This document shows, one piece after another, positions 47,856 to 57,300 of a stretch of 64,000 nt of DNA. Under the pieces are notes generated by a model. That model searched no databases. It was given only the letters and a program-made list of their open reading frames with translations, and was not told the DNA's origin. Each line of letters starts with the position of its first letter. The stretch's first letter is position 1. Origin of the DNA: an uncultured Planctomycetota bacterium (lineage in GTDB: Bacteria; Planctomycetota; Planctomycetia; Isosphaerales; Isosphaeraceae); assembly GCA_963823665.1 (NCBI GenBank), contig CAWGMQ010000010.1, positions 416,001 to 480,000 of the forward strand. Reading direction: 5' to 3'. The translations under genes and the position numbers were made by a program.

Positions 47856-50052
47856 TCAGACTTGCCACATGATGCGCTCGAAGTCGGGCGAGGGGGCGAC
47901 CAGCTCGAAGATCCCCTCGCGGGGGGCTCGGTCGAGGCTGGCTGGGCCCCGCAGGAGCTCGATGTAGAACCGGATTGTTTCGCCCGGCCGCAGCTCGAGC
48001 CGCGCGAACGGGACGGCCATCTCGAAGATCAGGCCGGTCGACGCGTCGATGGTGGTCCCGTTCGAGACCATCCCGCCGGCATGGTTCAGGTAGCCGATCG
48101 GTCGCGCCTTAGTCCGGCTGCAGTCACGACGATTTCACGGTCGGAGGGCTCGACGAAGCCGACCCGGAGGCGGTCAGCCCCGGCGAGGACCTCGTTTGCG
48201 GGCCCTCCCTGGGTATCGACGCGGATGAGCAATCGCTCGGCATCGAAACCGAACCATACCGATTCGATCGGTCCGCTGGCAACCTGAGTCATGGTGCCGC
48301 GCTCATTTCCGCAGACGTAGCGGGCGGCGTCGATCCATTCAAAATAGGTTGCGCGGCCATCCACCTTGACGTGAGAAAAGCTGCGCGGCTGGGCGTGAAT
48401 CGGCGCGGTGCGGCTGCCCCGGGAGATCGCGTCGAAGAGCGATCCGGGCGGGTCGGAGCCCAGAAGTGTGTAGACGTTGCGGAGGTGCTTGCGAAACAGG
48501 TCGTCAAAGACGCCGTCGAGGGGGCTCGAATGATCGTCGCCGTACCACCAGAACCAGTCCGATCCCTCGGCGATGTAGATCTCGTTCCAGGCTTTTTCAA
48601 GCGTGGCCGCGGGGTGGCGGAGCGAGTGTTCCTCGGCTGCGAGGAAGGAGCGCGCGGCGTGGAGCGCGTCCCACGCCTCGTTGTCTTCGGGGTGGCCGAC
48701 CCAGATCGCGAAGTTGTGGCTGATCCAGCTTCCCGCGAAGAGGTGGTGGAGGGTGTCGTGCGGCGGGTGCTCGCTCAGGAACCGGCCCACCTGGACGGGA
48801 CGCAGGTTGGCGCTCCTGGCGATTCCGCGGTAGAGCGAGCGCAGGAACGAGACTCCGCCGTCGGGATAGTATTCCCAGCAGTTTTCGCCGTCCAGGATGA
48901 CCGGAACGAGCGTCGCCGGGTTATGGCGGCATGCGTCGCCGATCGCGCCGAGCTTGGCCATGAAGTCGCCGGCGGCGACGGGCCCGGGGCTGCGCTGGTA
49001 GTGGAACCCGATCTGGTCGGACATGGAGTGGTCGCGGAAGATGATCGAGAGCTCGTGGTGCGACTCGCGCACCTTCCAGGCGCGATAGAGCAGCTCGGGA
49101 TGCCGGACATGGCCGCGGCTGTCGCGGCCGACCTTGCCGCTGGTCGAGCAGCCCAGGATCTCTTCGTCGGTCGCGATCCACTTGAGCCCGGCTTCGGCGA
49201 GGATGGGGATGATCGCCTGTGAGACAGACCCTTCGCTGGGCCACATGCCGGCGGGGGCGCTCGCCGAAATGGCGGACATGGGCCTCGATCGCGCGACGAA
49301 CCTGCACCGCGGCGTCATCCGGGTATCCGCCGCGGTACCTGGGAAGGGCGACGTCGGGCATCGCCTCGCGCGCTGCCGTCTTCTCGACGAGCAGCGGCAG
49401 AATCGGGTGATAGAACGGGGTGGTGGTAAGCTCGATCTGGCCCTGCGCGGCCAGCTTTCGGTGCAGCGGGATGACGCGGGACACCAGCTCGCGCTGGCGG
49501 GCCAGCAACCATTGCTTCTCGTCTTCGGTGTAGTGGCGGCCTTTCGCCTTGAAGTCGGCCAGATCGCTTTCCTGCTCGAAGAGCAGGGGGTGGATCCACG
49601 CCAGGTTCGACCAGACCTGAAGGTCGCGGAGGTCGCGGGTGCGGAACGCGAGCGAGCGCCTCGTGCGCCGGATGACGTCCACGCCGAGCGCAGCAGGTAG
49701 AGCTCGTGATAGCGCGGGTGGGGACGGATCATCGTGTCCGGGTTGGCCATGAAGAAGTTGTCGAGCACGTAGCAGGCTTCGGCGGAGGTCAGTCCGTCAG
49801 CCGGGCGGCTGGAGCAGCGCAAGTGTGTGTCGGTGGCGCCCGAGGAATAGGCGTCGAGCTGTGCGAGCAGGCTCGGGACCAGATTGATCGTGCACTGGAA
49901 TTCGGGCACTTCTTCGCAGGTGGAGCGCCATCCCCAGGTAATCCTTGGTGGCGTGGAGCCGCACCCAGGGCATGGGGTTTTCGCCCGTCGAGATCATCGG
50001 GGTAATACGGTTGATGTTGGTGCCAGAGAAGCGCGAGAGAAACGGTGTGCAT
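47856..50052 (-). CDS. GH57 glycoside hydrolase (amylopullulanase-like); several frameshifts
   Basis: [52 protein letters not shown] spread over several frames. Confidence 0.85.
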
Positions 50053-50089
50053 CAATTGCCCTTCGAACCACGCGAACGTCGACACGAAT

Positions 50090-50111
50090 GTCAGGCTAAA
50101 GCCTGACCTAC
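50090..50111 (-). repeat. GTAG-type REP palindrome
   Basis: Minus strand GTAG-GTCAGGCT-TT-AGCCTGAC. Confidence 0.65.
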
Positions 50112-50211
50112 TACGGGACGGGGGGAATCGTTACACGCGTTAAAGTCGACCCCTCCTCAAGAAGGATAGGTCTCGCTCACCGTGTAATGCTCGGAACGTC
50201 CCGGGCCAAAC

Positions 50212-51748
50212 TTAAGCGGTTCCCGACCGGGTGGCGGCCAGAGGCGAGTGGTCGGTCGCATCGACGGGAATGTTTCGGGCCGAGGCCCTGCGCTTGATCT
50301 CTTCGTAGAGAGCGACGTACTCGCGGGCGCTGCGTCGCCATGACCAGTCGGCGTTCATCCCGGTTGTCATGAGCTGCCGCCAGGTCTTGCGATCGGGCCA
50401 GAGCGCCAGGGCTCGCTCGAGGCACTGCTTGAGCGCGGCGGGCTCGGCATCGGCGAAGACGAAGCCGTTGGCGGTCGAATCGGCAAGAGTTCTCGGGTTC
50501 GCGTCCACGACGGTATCGAAAAGGCCGCCGGTCGCCCGCACGATCGGAACCGTGCCGTGCGCCAGGCTGTAAAGTTGATTCAATCCGCACGGTTCAAACA
50601 AGCTGGGCATCAGGAAAAGATCGGCACCGGCCTCGATTTGATGGGCCAGATCATCGGAGAAGCCGAGGTGCGCCCAGCACTTGCCGGGAAACTGGCGGGC
50701 CAGCAACTCGAGCAGGGAGTGGTATTTGGGGTCGCCCACACCGAGCACGACGAGCTGGACGTCGCGCTGCAGGAAGCTATCGGCGACGGCAGCGAGCAAG
50801 TCCCAGCCTTTCTGGGGGTCGAGTCGGCCGATCTGGGCGAACAGCGGCACGTCTGGCCGCTCGGGGAAGCCCGCCCTGCGCTGGAGCCAGGCCTTGCAGG
50901 CAGCCTTGCCGGCTACGAGCGGTCGCTGCATCGTACTGGCAGGTGATCATCGGCTCGCTGGCGGGGCTCCAGATTTCGGGGTCGATTCCGTTGACGATTC
51001 CCCGCAGTTCGGCCGATCGATCGCGGAGCAGGCCGTCCAACCCGGAGCCAAAGCGCGGCGTCTGGATCTCCTTGGCGTAGTTCGGGCTGACGGCGCACAG
51101 CATGTCGGCGAAAACCAGGCCGGCCTTCATGAAGCAAATCCGGCCGTGGAATTCGAGCTGGCGCCAGTTGAAGAGGCGCCAGTCCAGCCCGGTGAGCGCC
51201 ATGTCGCGCTGCCAGAACAGACCGAGGTACGCCAGGTTGTGGATGGTGAGCAGCGAGCCGGCGCGGGCGATCGAGGGTGTGTTCTGGTAGATCGTCTTCA
51301 TGTAGACCGGGATCAAGCCGGTCTGCCAGTCGTTGCAGTGAATCACGTCGGGGCGGATTCCCAGGGGCCCCAGGGCTTCGAGCACGGCGCGGTCGAAGAA
51401 GACGAATCGTTCGCAGTTGTCGTCGTAGTCTTTGCCGTGGCTGCCGTAGAGACCGCTTCGATCGAAGTAGGCGGGTTGATCGATCAGGTAAACCTTGACG
51501 CTCGAACCGGGCAACGTGCTTTCGAGGATGGTTCCGTCGACCTTTCGCGACCCAACGGGGACCTGAAGCTGGATCCCGGTGGCTGAGATGGGGGTCCTGG
51601 AATCGCGTGTGCAACGATAGGCGGGGAGGAAAATGCAAGTTGTGTGACCGGCGTCTTCGAGGGCGCGGGGCAGGGCACCGATGACGTCGGCGAGTCCGCC
51701 GGTCTTGGCGAACGGCACGGCTTCCGAGGCGACGACGGCGACATGCAT
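50212..51748 (-). CDS. glgA: Glycogen synthase; frameshift near 50920
   Basis: EAVPFAKTGGLADV, HCNDWQ, TIHNLAY, GIVNGID, RLDPQKG, MPSLFEPCGLNQ, TGGLFDTV. Confidence 0.93.
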
Positions 51749-51892
51749 TCCGGATCAGCTCCCGGCGCGAGAACGAATTGAGTCGCGGGGGAAAATCAAT
51801 CGCCCGGACCGAGCGCGGCGAGAGCCACGCTACGGCCGGGCGGCTGTTTCGTCCAGAGGTGTGACGTTGCGAAGTTGTGCGAAGTGCCGCTG

Positions 51893-52144
51893 CTAGGCGA
51901 TTGCCACGGCGGCGGCCTGCGGCGCGATCGCCGAGACCTTGGTGTTGAAGTTGTACCGGGCGAGCATGATGATCATGAGGATGCAGGAGATCACGATCGC
52001 CCCGAGCGAGATGCCCAGCAGCACGACGTAGATGTCGCTCTTGGGGGATTGCACGAGAACGCCGGGTCGGCGAGGCGCGGCGGCCGAGGACCTGCCGGAC
52101 GAAGCCGCGGCGCTAGATCCGCGGCTTGACGGTAGACGAGACAA
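51893..52144 (-). CDS. Small single-TM hypothetical protein
   Basis: AAGGAGG RBS; PKSDIYVVLL followed by a hydrophobic helix. Confidence 0.7.
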   Translation of the reverse strand: MSRLPSSRGSSAAASSGRSSAAAPRRPGVLVQSPKSDIYVVLLGISLGAIVISCILMIIMLARYNFNTKVSAIAPQAAAVAIA

Positions 52145-52155
52145 TGTCGCCCTCC

Positions 52156-52972
52156 TTAATCTTCTTGCCCATATAGGTTTTGCCGACCACCTTGGCGACG
52201 GCCTGGTCGGGATCGACCGAGATGATTTTCACCTTGCCGAGATACTCGGGAGAGGTTCGACGCGGTAGAGGTACAGCTCATGACCGACGACCAGCCCGTC
52301 GTCTGCGCCGATCGTGATTTCCATGTAGCGGTTGGTGGGGTCGATGCGCTTGATCTTGCCGGTGACCGGCGGCGGGCTGGCGAGCCCCTTGTATCTGGCT
52401 GATGTCGTCCGAGAGACCATTCTTCTTGAGCAGCTTCCGAAAATTGGGCGACGGTTTCGCGAAGCGTCGAATTGTTCTTGCTCGCCGTCTCGAGCTGCAC
52501 GCGCCAGGTCGCGGATCTTGTCGTTCAACTCCGCTACCATGAGCTTGTATTCGTTACCCTGCTTCTCGACTGCCGAAAGCTGGGTACGAAGCTGAACCGT
52601 CTCGTTGATCTTCGCCTGAGCTTCTTCGAGCGCGGCTTTGGCGGTCTGCTGGGCTGTTGCCAACTGCCCTCTGGCCGTCTGGATCTGTGCGAGGTTTCGC
52701 TTGTTCTCGTCCACCTGCGAAGCGAGGCTGTTCTCGAGCGCCTTCTTTTCCTGGTCGCACTGTGCTTTCAAATCTTCAAGCGACTTCTTGGCGGCTTCGG
52801 ACGCGGCTTTGGCGTCGTTCAGTTTTTTGTTCAGCTCTACGACCTTGCCCTGCTCGGCCTTGGTCGCGACCATCCAGTTTCTCGAGGTGGAGAAGACCAC
52901 CGTGGAAAGCGCCAGGAAGACCAAGGCGAAAGCCATGATCGTGATCACGAGGATTTTGCCAACGAAGGTCAT
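52156..52972 (-). CDS. Membrane-anchored coiled-coil protein with C-terminal beta domain; frameshifted
   Basis: MTFVGKILV TM, long heptad region, then VTGKIKRID...EITIGADDGLVVG.ELYLYR. Confidence 0.7.
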
Positions 52973-53363
52973 GGTCCCATCCTACCAGTGTCAGGAAGAT
53001 ACGGCCGGGCCGGATCAGGGCAAGCCGGGCGAGCCGACGAGCGAAACGGCGGTGATCTCGAAAGGACCCGTCAGATACGGAATGCCGACCCGCGCCTCCC
53101 GGCTGAGCACCTACCGGCGAGCGAGGCGAAGTTCAACAGTTCCCTTGAATTTAACGCTGCGTGACCTGATGGGGCAAGCGGCCTCCCAAATCCAACAAGT
53201 ACAACCAGCTTGTCCCACAGCGCTTCCCATTGCGGGCGATCTCGACTGGACCAAATTTACCCCACGCTGGTGGCGATGGCAAGCAACCGGGATTAGGTAA
53301 TTCAGGCGATTCCGTCAATTCTTACGATGCGGAGGGCACAGGGAGTGTGCCGGGAAGCTCAGC

Positions 53364-53885
53364 TCACCGGCCTTTGAGGTCTCCATTATTCTCTTCGGCC
53401 GTTCCGAGCAGACGCTCCGTTTCGCGGATCAAGTCTGTCAATTCCGATTGATGCTGCTTGAATTCGCGGGATTGTTTTTGAATCGCTGCGATCTTCGTGC
53501 GAAGCTCGTTGATTTGCGTTCGCTTGGCTTCGACTTCCGACATCAATCCCTTTGTCTTTTCGTGGGATCCGGCCCACTGTTCTCGCGTGGACTTGATCTG
53601 AACCTGATCGCGTGAAATCTCGTCCACGATGCCGGTGTTGCGGACATCGAGTGCCTTCTTCTCCTGCTCGAACGCGACTTTGGCGTCTTCGAGGACCTTG
53701 CCGGCCAGCTCGGCCTGCGTTTTGGCTTCGTCCAGCTTCTTCTTCAGATCACTGATGTTTTTCTGATGGCCGGTGATCTCGCCTTTCCAGTTCTTGGCGG
53801 TGGAAACCGATACCGCCGAGATGCCGAGAAACACGAGCGACAACGCCACGACCACGAGCACGAGGATCTTGCCGACAAACGTCAT
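53364..53885 (-). CDS. Membrane-anchored coiled-coil protein, shorter paralog of 52156-52972
   Basis: Same MTFVGKILV start, NW motif, heptads. Confidence 0.75.
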   Translation of the reverse strand: MTFVGKILVLVVVALSLVFLGISAVSVSTAKNWKGEITGHQKNISDLKKKLDEAKTQAELAGKVLEDAKVAFEQEKKALDVRNTGIVDEISRDQVQIKSTREQWAGSHEKTKGLMSEVEAKRTQINELRTKIAAIQKQSREFKQHQSELTDLIRETERLLGTAEENNGDLKGR

Positions 53886-54090
53886 GGCCGCACCCTGGAA
53901 ACAAGTGACGAAGAGAAGAATGGAATGCGGGCGGGCTCAAAGCGCCGGTTCATCGTGCACAGCCTTGACCGGCGCGCATACCCACCGACGCGTGCACCTC
54001 CGCTCCATCAAATCTACACCATGTTCCTTGTCGTGAAAAGCGAGTGCTTCTGTTTGCTTGGGGGGATTGGATTGGTTTTTTGGATTGGGT

Positions 54091-54240
54091 GTGCGGCAGG
54101 GGTGGCGGACCTGCGGTGTTTTTTTGGGTTGGGTGTCCGGCAGGAGTGCCGGAGCTACCGGTTTTTTTGCGGGGCCGCGGGAGTGGTGGTGATTTGGAGT
54201 TTTTCGGACGAGCGTCCGGCACGAGTGCCGGACCTGCGGA
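54091..54240. repeat. Three degenerate REP-like palindromes
   Basis: GTCCGGCACGAGTGCCGGACCTGCGG at 54214 with variants at 54135 and 54091. Confidence 0.6.
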
Positions 54241-55942
54241 GCACGGCCATAGGCAGCAAGCCGATGGAGATGGCCAGGCATGTGAGGCCCAGCCAGTCTC
54301 CCCACCGCGAGTAATAGCTGGTGCGCCTGTCCAGAGGCACTGTCACCGTCAGGACGCCTTTGGATTCCTTGGCGAGCGATTCTCGGATCTCGCCGTTGCC
54401 ATCGACGAGGGCGGATAGGCCGGTGTTGACGGCGCGTGCCAGCGGGACGCGATTCTCGATGGCGCGAAAGACGCCGATGGCAAGGTGCATGTCCAGCTCT
54501 GCCGAGCCGTGGAACCAGCCGTCATTGGAAAGGTTGATGAGCACGTCGGGCTGATCGGCCGCTTCGAGCCCGGCGAACGACTGGCGAATCACATGCGGAA
54601 TTGTGTCTTCGAAACAGATACTGACCGCCAGCCGATACGGGCCCAGCGGCAGGGCAAGCGGTTTCTTGCCGAAGCTCAGGCTATGCAGCGTCTGGCTGCC
54701 GTAGGGGGTGAGCGCCGCCAGCCACGGCAAGGTCTCGATGAGCGGGAAATACTCGCCGAAAGGAACCAGGTGCATTTTGTGGTAGACGTGAATCGCCCGG
54801 AGGTTGGGCAGGAACAGAATCGCCGAGTTAAATCGATCAAACGCGTTTTTCCGGTGGTCGTAATAGGAGCTTCCCACCAGCATCGGCACCTTGGCCCGAT
54901 CCGTCCACTCATGAAGGTCGGCGACGATCGACTCCATTTTAGCCAGCCACTTCGTGGCCGACAATTTGGGGGAAATTGCGCGGACCTGGCTTTCCAGCAC
55001 CGCCGGCTCGATCCCCGGCTCGACCGAGATCCAGCCCCAGGGATAGGAGGTTTCCGGCCAGACGATCAGGTCGGGAGGCTGGCGGCGCGCCAGTGCACGG
55101 TCGACCAGCTCGGTGAACTCCGCAGTGATCGCCTCAAGCTCCTTGGTGATCGCCGCGGTGTCAGCTTTATTCTTGTGCTTCTGCGCGATATTCGATTGCA
55201 AGAGGGCCAGCCTGGGCCCGTCGTTGAACCGTGAGCTGGAAACGCGAATCGCCCCGTAGCAGAGCGTGGTTCCGATCAAAACCGTGACCAGGCACAGCCT
55301 CACATATTGGCGAGGATGCAGGCGAATGCGGCCGTGCGCACGGCCGAAGAGCGGCAGCGTCGCCAGGTCGACGACCAGGGCGTTGACCAGCGCGATGAGC
55401 AGACTGATCCCCAGCGAGCTTGCGAAGTCGGCGATCTGGATCAAGTAGAGGTTCCGGAACTGGCTGTGTGCGAGGTAATACCAGGGGAAGCCCGACAGGA
55501 AGTGCGCGCGGCCGTACTCCAGGCCGACCCAGATAATGGGCGCCGCGATCATGAGGGGAAGTCGCAAACGAAACACCGCCAGGCGCGCGACGAACACGAA
55601 CAGCGGCCACCACAGGGAAAAGAACAGGGACATGACCAGCCAGGCGGTCAAGCCGCCGATGTCGAGCAGGTTGAGCCACTGGAGGGCCAGCAGCCAGAAC
55701 GAGAGCCCACCGAGCCAGGCGGCGAGGTAGGCCTTGAACCCGGCGTCCGGCACGATGACGATCCAGAACAAGGGGGCCAGCGCGACCCAGGCGATGGCGT
55801 GCCATTCCAGTGGCGGGAAGGAGGTCCAGAGCAATAGACCCGAAGCGACGCCGGCGACCACAGGATGCCGCGCGAGTCGTTGCCGCGCGGCCGCCAGTCC
55901 GGTGGAGAGCGCGTCCTGCTCGGGCGCGGGAGCCAATCTCAT
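54155..55942 (-). CDS. lnt: Apolipoprotein N-acyltransferase
   Basis: TM helices, SGFPW, WPET, HKMHLVPFGE, ICFE, NDGWF, RAIENR, NTG.S. Confidence 0.93.
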   Translation of the reverse strand: MRLAPAPEQDALSTGLAAARQRLARHPVVAGVASGLLLWTSFPPLEWHAIAWVALAPLFWIVIVPDAGFKAYLAAWLGGLSFWLLALQWLNLLDIGGLTAWLVMSLFFSLWWPLFVFVARLAVFRLRLPLMIAAPIIWVGLEYGRAHFLSGFPWYYLAHSQFRNLYLIQIADFASSLGISLLIALVNALVVDLATLPLFGRAHGRIRLHPRQYVRLCLVTVLIGTTLCYGAIRVSSSRFNDGPRLALLQSNIAQKHKNKADTAAITKELEAITAEFTELVDRALARRQPPDLIVWPETSYPWGWISVEPGIEPAVLESQVRAISPKLSATKWLAKMESIVADLHEWTDRAKVPMLVGSSYYDHRKNAFDRFNSAILFLPNLRAIHVYHKMHLVPFGEYFPLIETLPWLAALTPYGSQTLHSLSFGKKPLALPLGPYRLAVSICFEDTIPHVIRQSFAGLEAADQPDVLINLSNDGWFHGSAELDMHLAIGVFRAIENRVPLARAVNTGLSALVDGNGEIRESLAKESKGVLTVTVPLDRRTSYYSRWGDWLGLTCLAISIGLLPMAVLRRSGTRAGRSSEKLQITTTPAAPQKNR

Positions 55943-55966
55943 GAAACACACCTCGTGAGATGCATG

Positions 55967-57211
55967 TTACCGCATTGGCAGGTAGCCGACAATTTCTCCC
56001 GCCCGAATCTCGCGGTCTCCGGCAGGAAAGACGGCGAAGCCGTCGGCTCCCGCAACGGTTCTCAAATCGGCCGAGCCCGCCCAGTTGAGCGTGGCGATCA
56101 ACGGCAGGCTGTCGTGACCGCCGGCGTCGTCTTCCGCGTTCGCCGCCTCGACAATCTGCGCCGGGAAATACGTGTCCCGGTCACCGCGTTGTGCGAAGCT
56201 GCGCGCGAGCCGGGCTTTCGCGAGCGGAGCGGCCGCCGCGGAACGGCCGGCAAGTGCCGCGAGCGCCGGCTTGACGAAGAGCATGAAGCTCACGAGCCCG
56301 CTGACCGGATTGCCGGGCAGCCCGAAGACGAGGGTGCCGCCGCGGCCCGGCCGCGGCTCGGCCACGCCGAACCACAGGGGCTTTCCCGGCTTTAATTTGA
56401 TCTTGTGGAAAACCTGGCGCACGCCCAGGGATGCAAGCGCGTCCGGAACGAGGTCACGCTGGCCTGCGGATACGCCGCCGGTGACGAGCATCAGGTCTGA
56501 CTCCAAGGCCTGGCCGAGGATCCTGGCGAGCTCGCCGGGCTCGTCCCGCGCGATCGGAAGCGTGGCCGCCAAGGCGCCGGACTCATTCGCCAGGGCCCGA
56601 AGCATGACCGCGTTCGAGTTGCGGATCTGGCCCGGCCCGAGCGGCTCGCCGGGCTCGACGAGCTCATCGCCGGTGGACACGATCGAGACACGCGGGCGGG
56701 GTATGACCAGGACATCGGTCCTGCCGACCGAAGCGAGCACGCCGAGCCCGGGAGGATGGAGCACCGATCCTCGCGAGAGGACGACTTCGCCCGATCGCAT
56801 CTCCGCGCCGCGCCGCAGGATGTTTTGCCCGGGGCGGATCGATGGCTGTTCGATCAAGACCGCACCATTGAGCTTTTGCGTGCGCTCGTGCATGACGACG
56901 GCGTCACAGCCGCCGGGCAGGGGGGCGCCCGTCATGATCACCGCGGCTTCGCCACGAGCGAGAGCCCGCGTTGGCGTTTGCCCGGCGGTGATCAGCTCGC
57001 CGATGGTCAAAGACAGGTTCGCGTCATTCAGATCCGCGGTCCGCAGTGCGTATCCATCGACGAGCGCCTTGTCGAACGGGGGAGAATCGGTGTCGGCCCG
57101 GACGTCCTGGGCCAGCACGCAGCCCAGTGCCTGCTCGATCGGGCTGGAACTCGAGGCCAGCGCCCGTGCTTCGCTCGTCACGGCCTGGAGTGCTTCGACT
57201 ATCGTCAGCAT
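55967..57211 (-). CDS. moeA: Molybdopterin molybdotransferase
   Basis: PPFDKALVDGYA, IMTGAP, STGDEL, IRNSN, TGGVSAG, KPGKP, GLPGNPVS. Confidence 0.95.
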   Translation of the reverse strand: MLTIVEALQAVTSEARALASSSSPIEQALGCVLAQDVRADTDSPPFDKALVDGYALRTADLNDANLSLTIGELITAGQTPTRALARGEAAVIMTGAPLPGGCDAVVMHERTQKLNGAVLIEQPSIRPGQNILRRGAEMRSGEVVLSRGSVLHPPGLGVLASVGRTDVLVIPRPRVSIVSTGDELVEPGEPLGPGQIRNSNAVMLRALANESGALAATLPIARDEPGELARILGQALESDLMLVTGGVSAGQRDLVPDALASLGVRQVFHKIKLKPGKPLWFGVAEPRPGRGGTLVFGLPGNPVSGLVSFMLFVKPALAALAGRSAAAAPLAKARLARSFAQRGDRDTYFPAQIVEAANAEDDAGGHDSLPLIATLNWAGSADLRTVAGADGFAVFPAGDREIRAGEIVGYLPMR

Positions 57212-57300
57212 CATTAACCCCTGGGTCGGACGTGAGGAGTCGGGAACGAAAAGGCCAGAGTGTTCTTGCCCCGATTCTAATCGAGACGACGCGCATCTCG

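Noticed and set aside
52980..53360. Structured RNA in the gap between the coiled-coil paralogs
   Set aside because: No convincing long stems or known motif seen by eye.
54026..54240. CRISPR-like array
   Set aside because: Only three degenerate palindromes with irregular low-complexity spacers and no cas genes; fits REP elements or noisy sequence.
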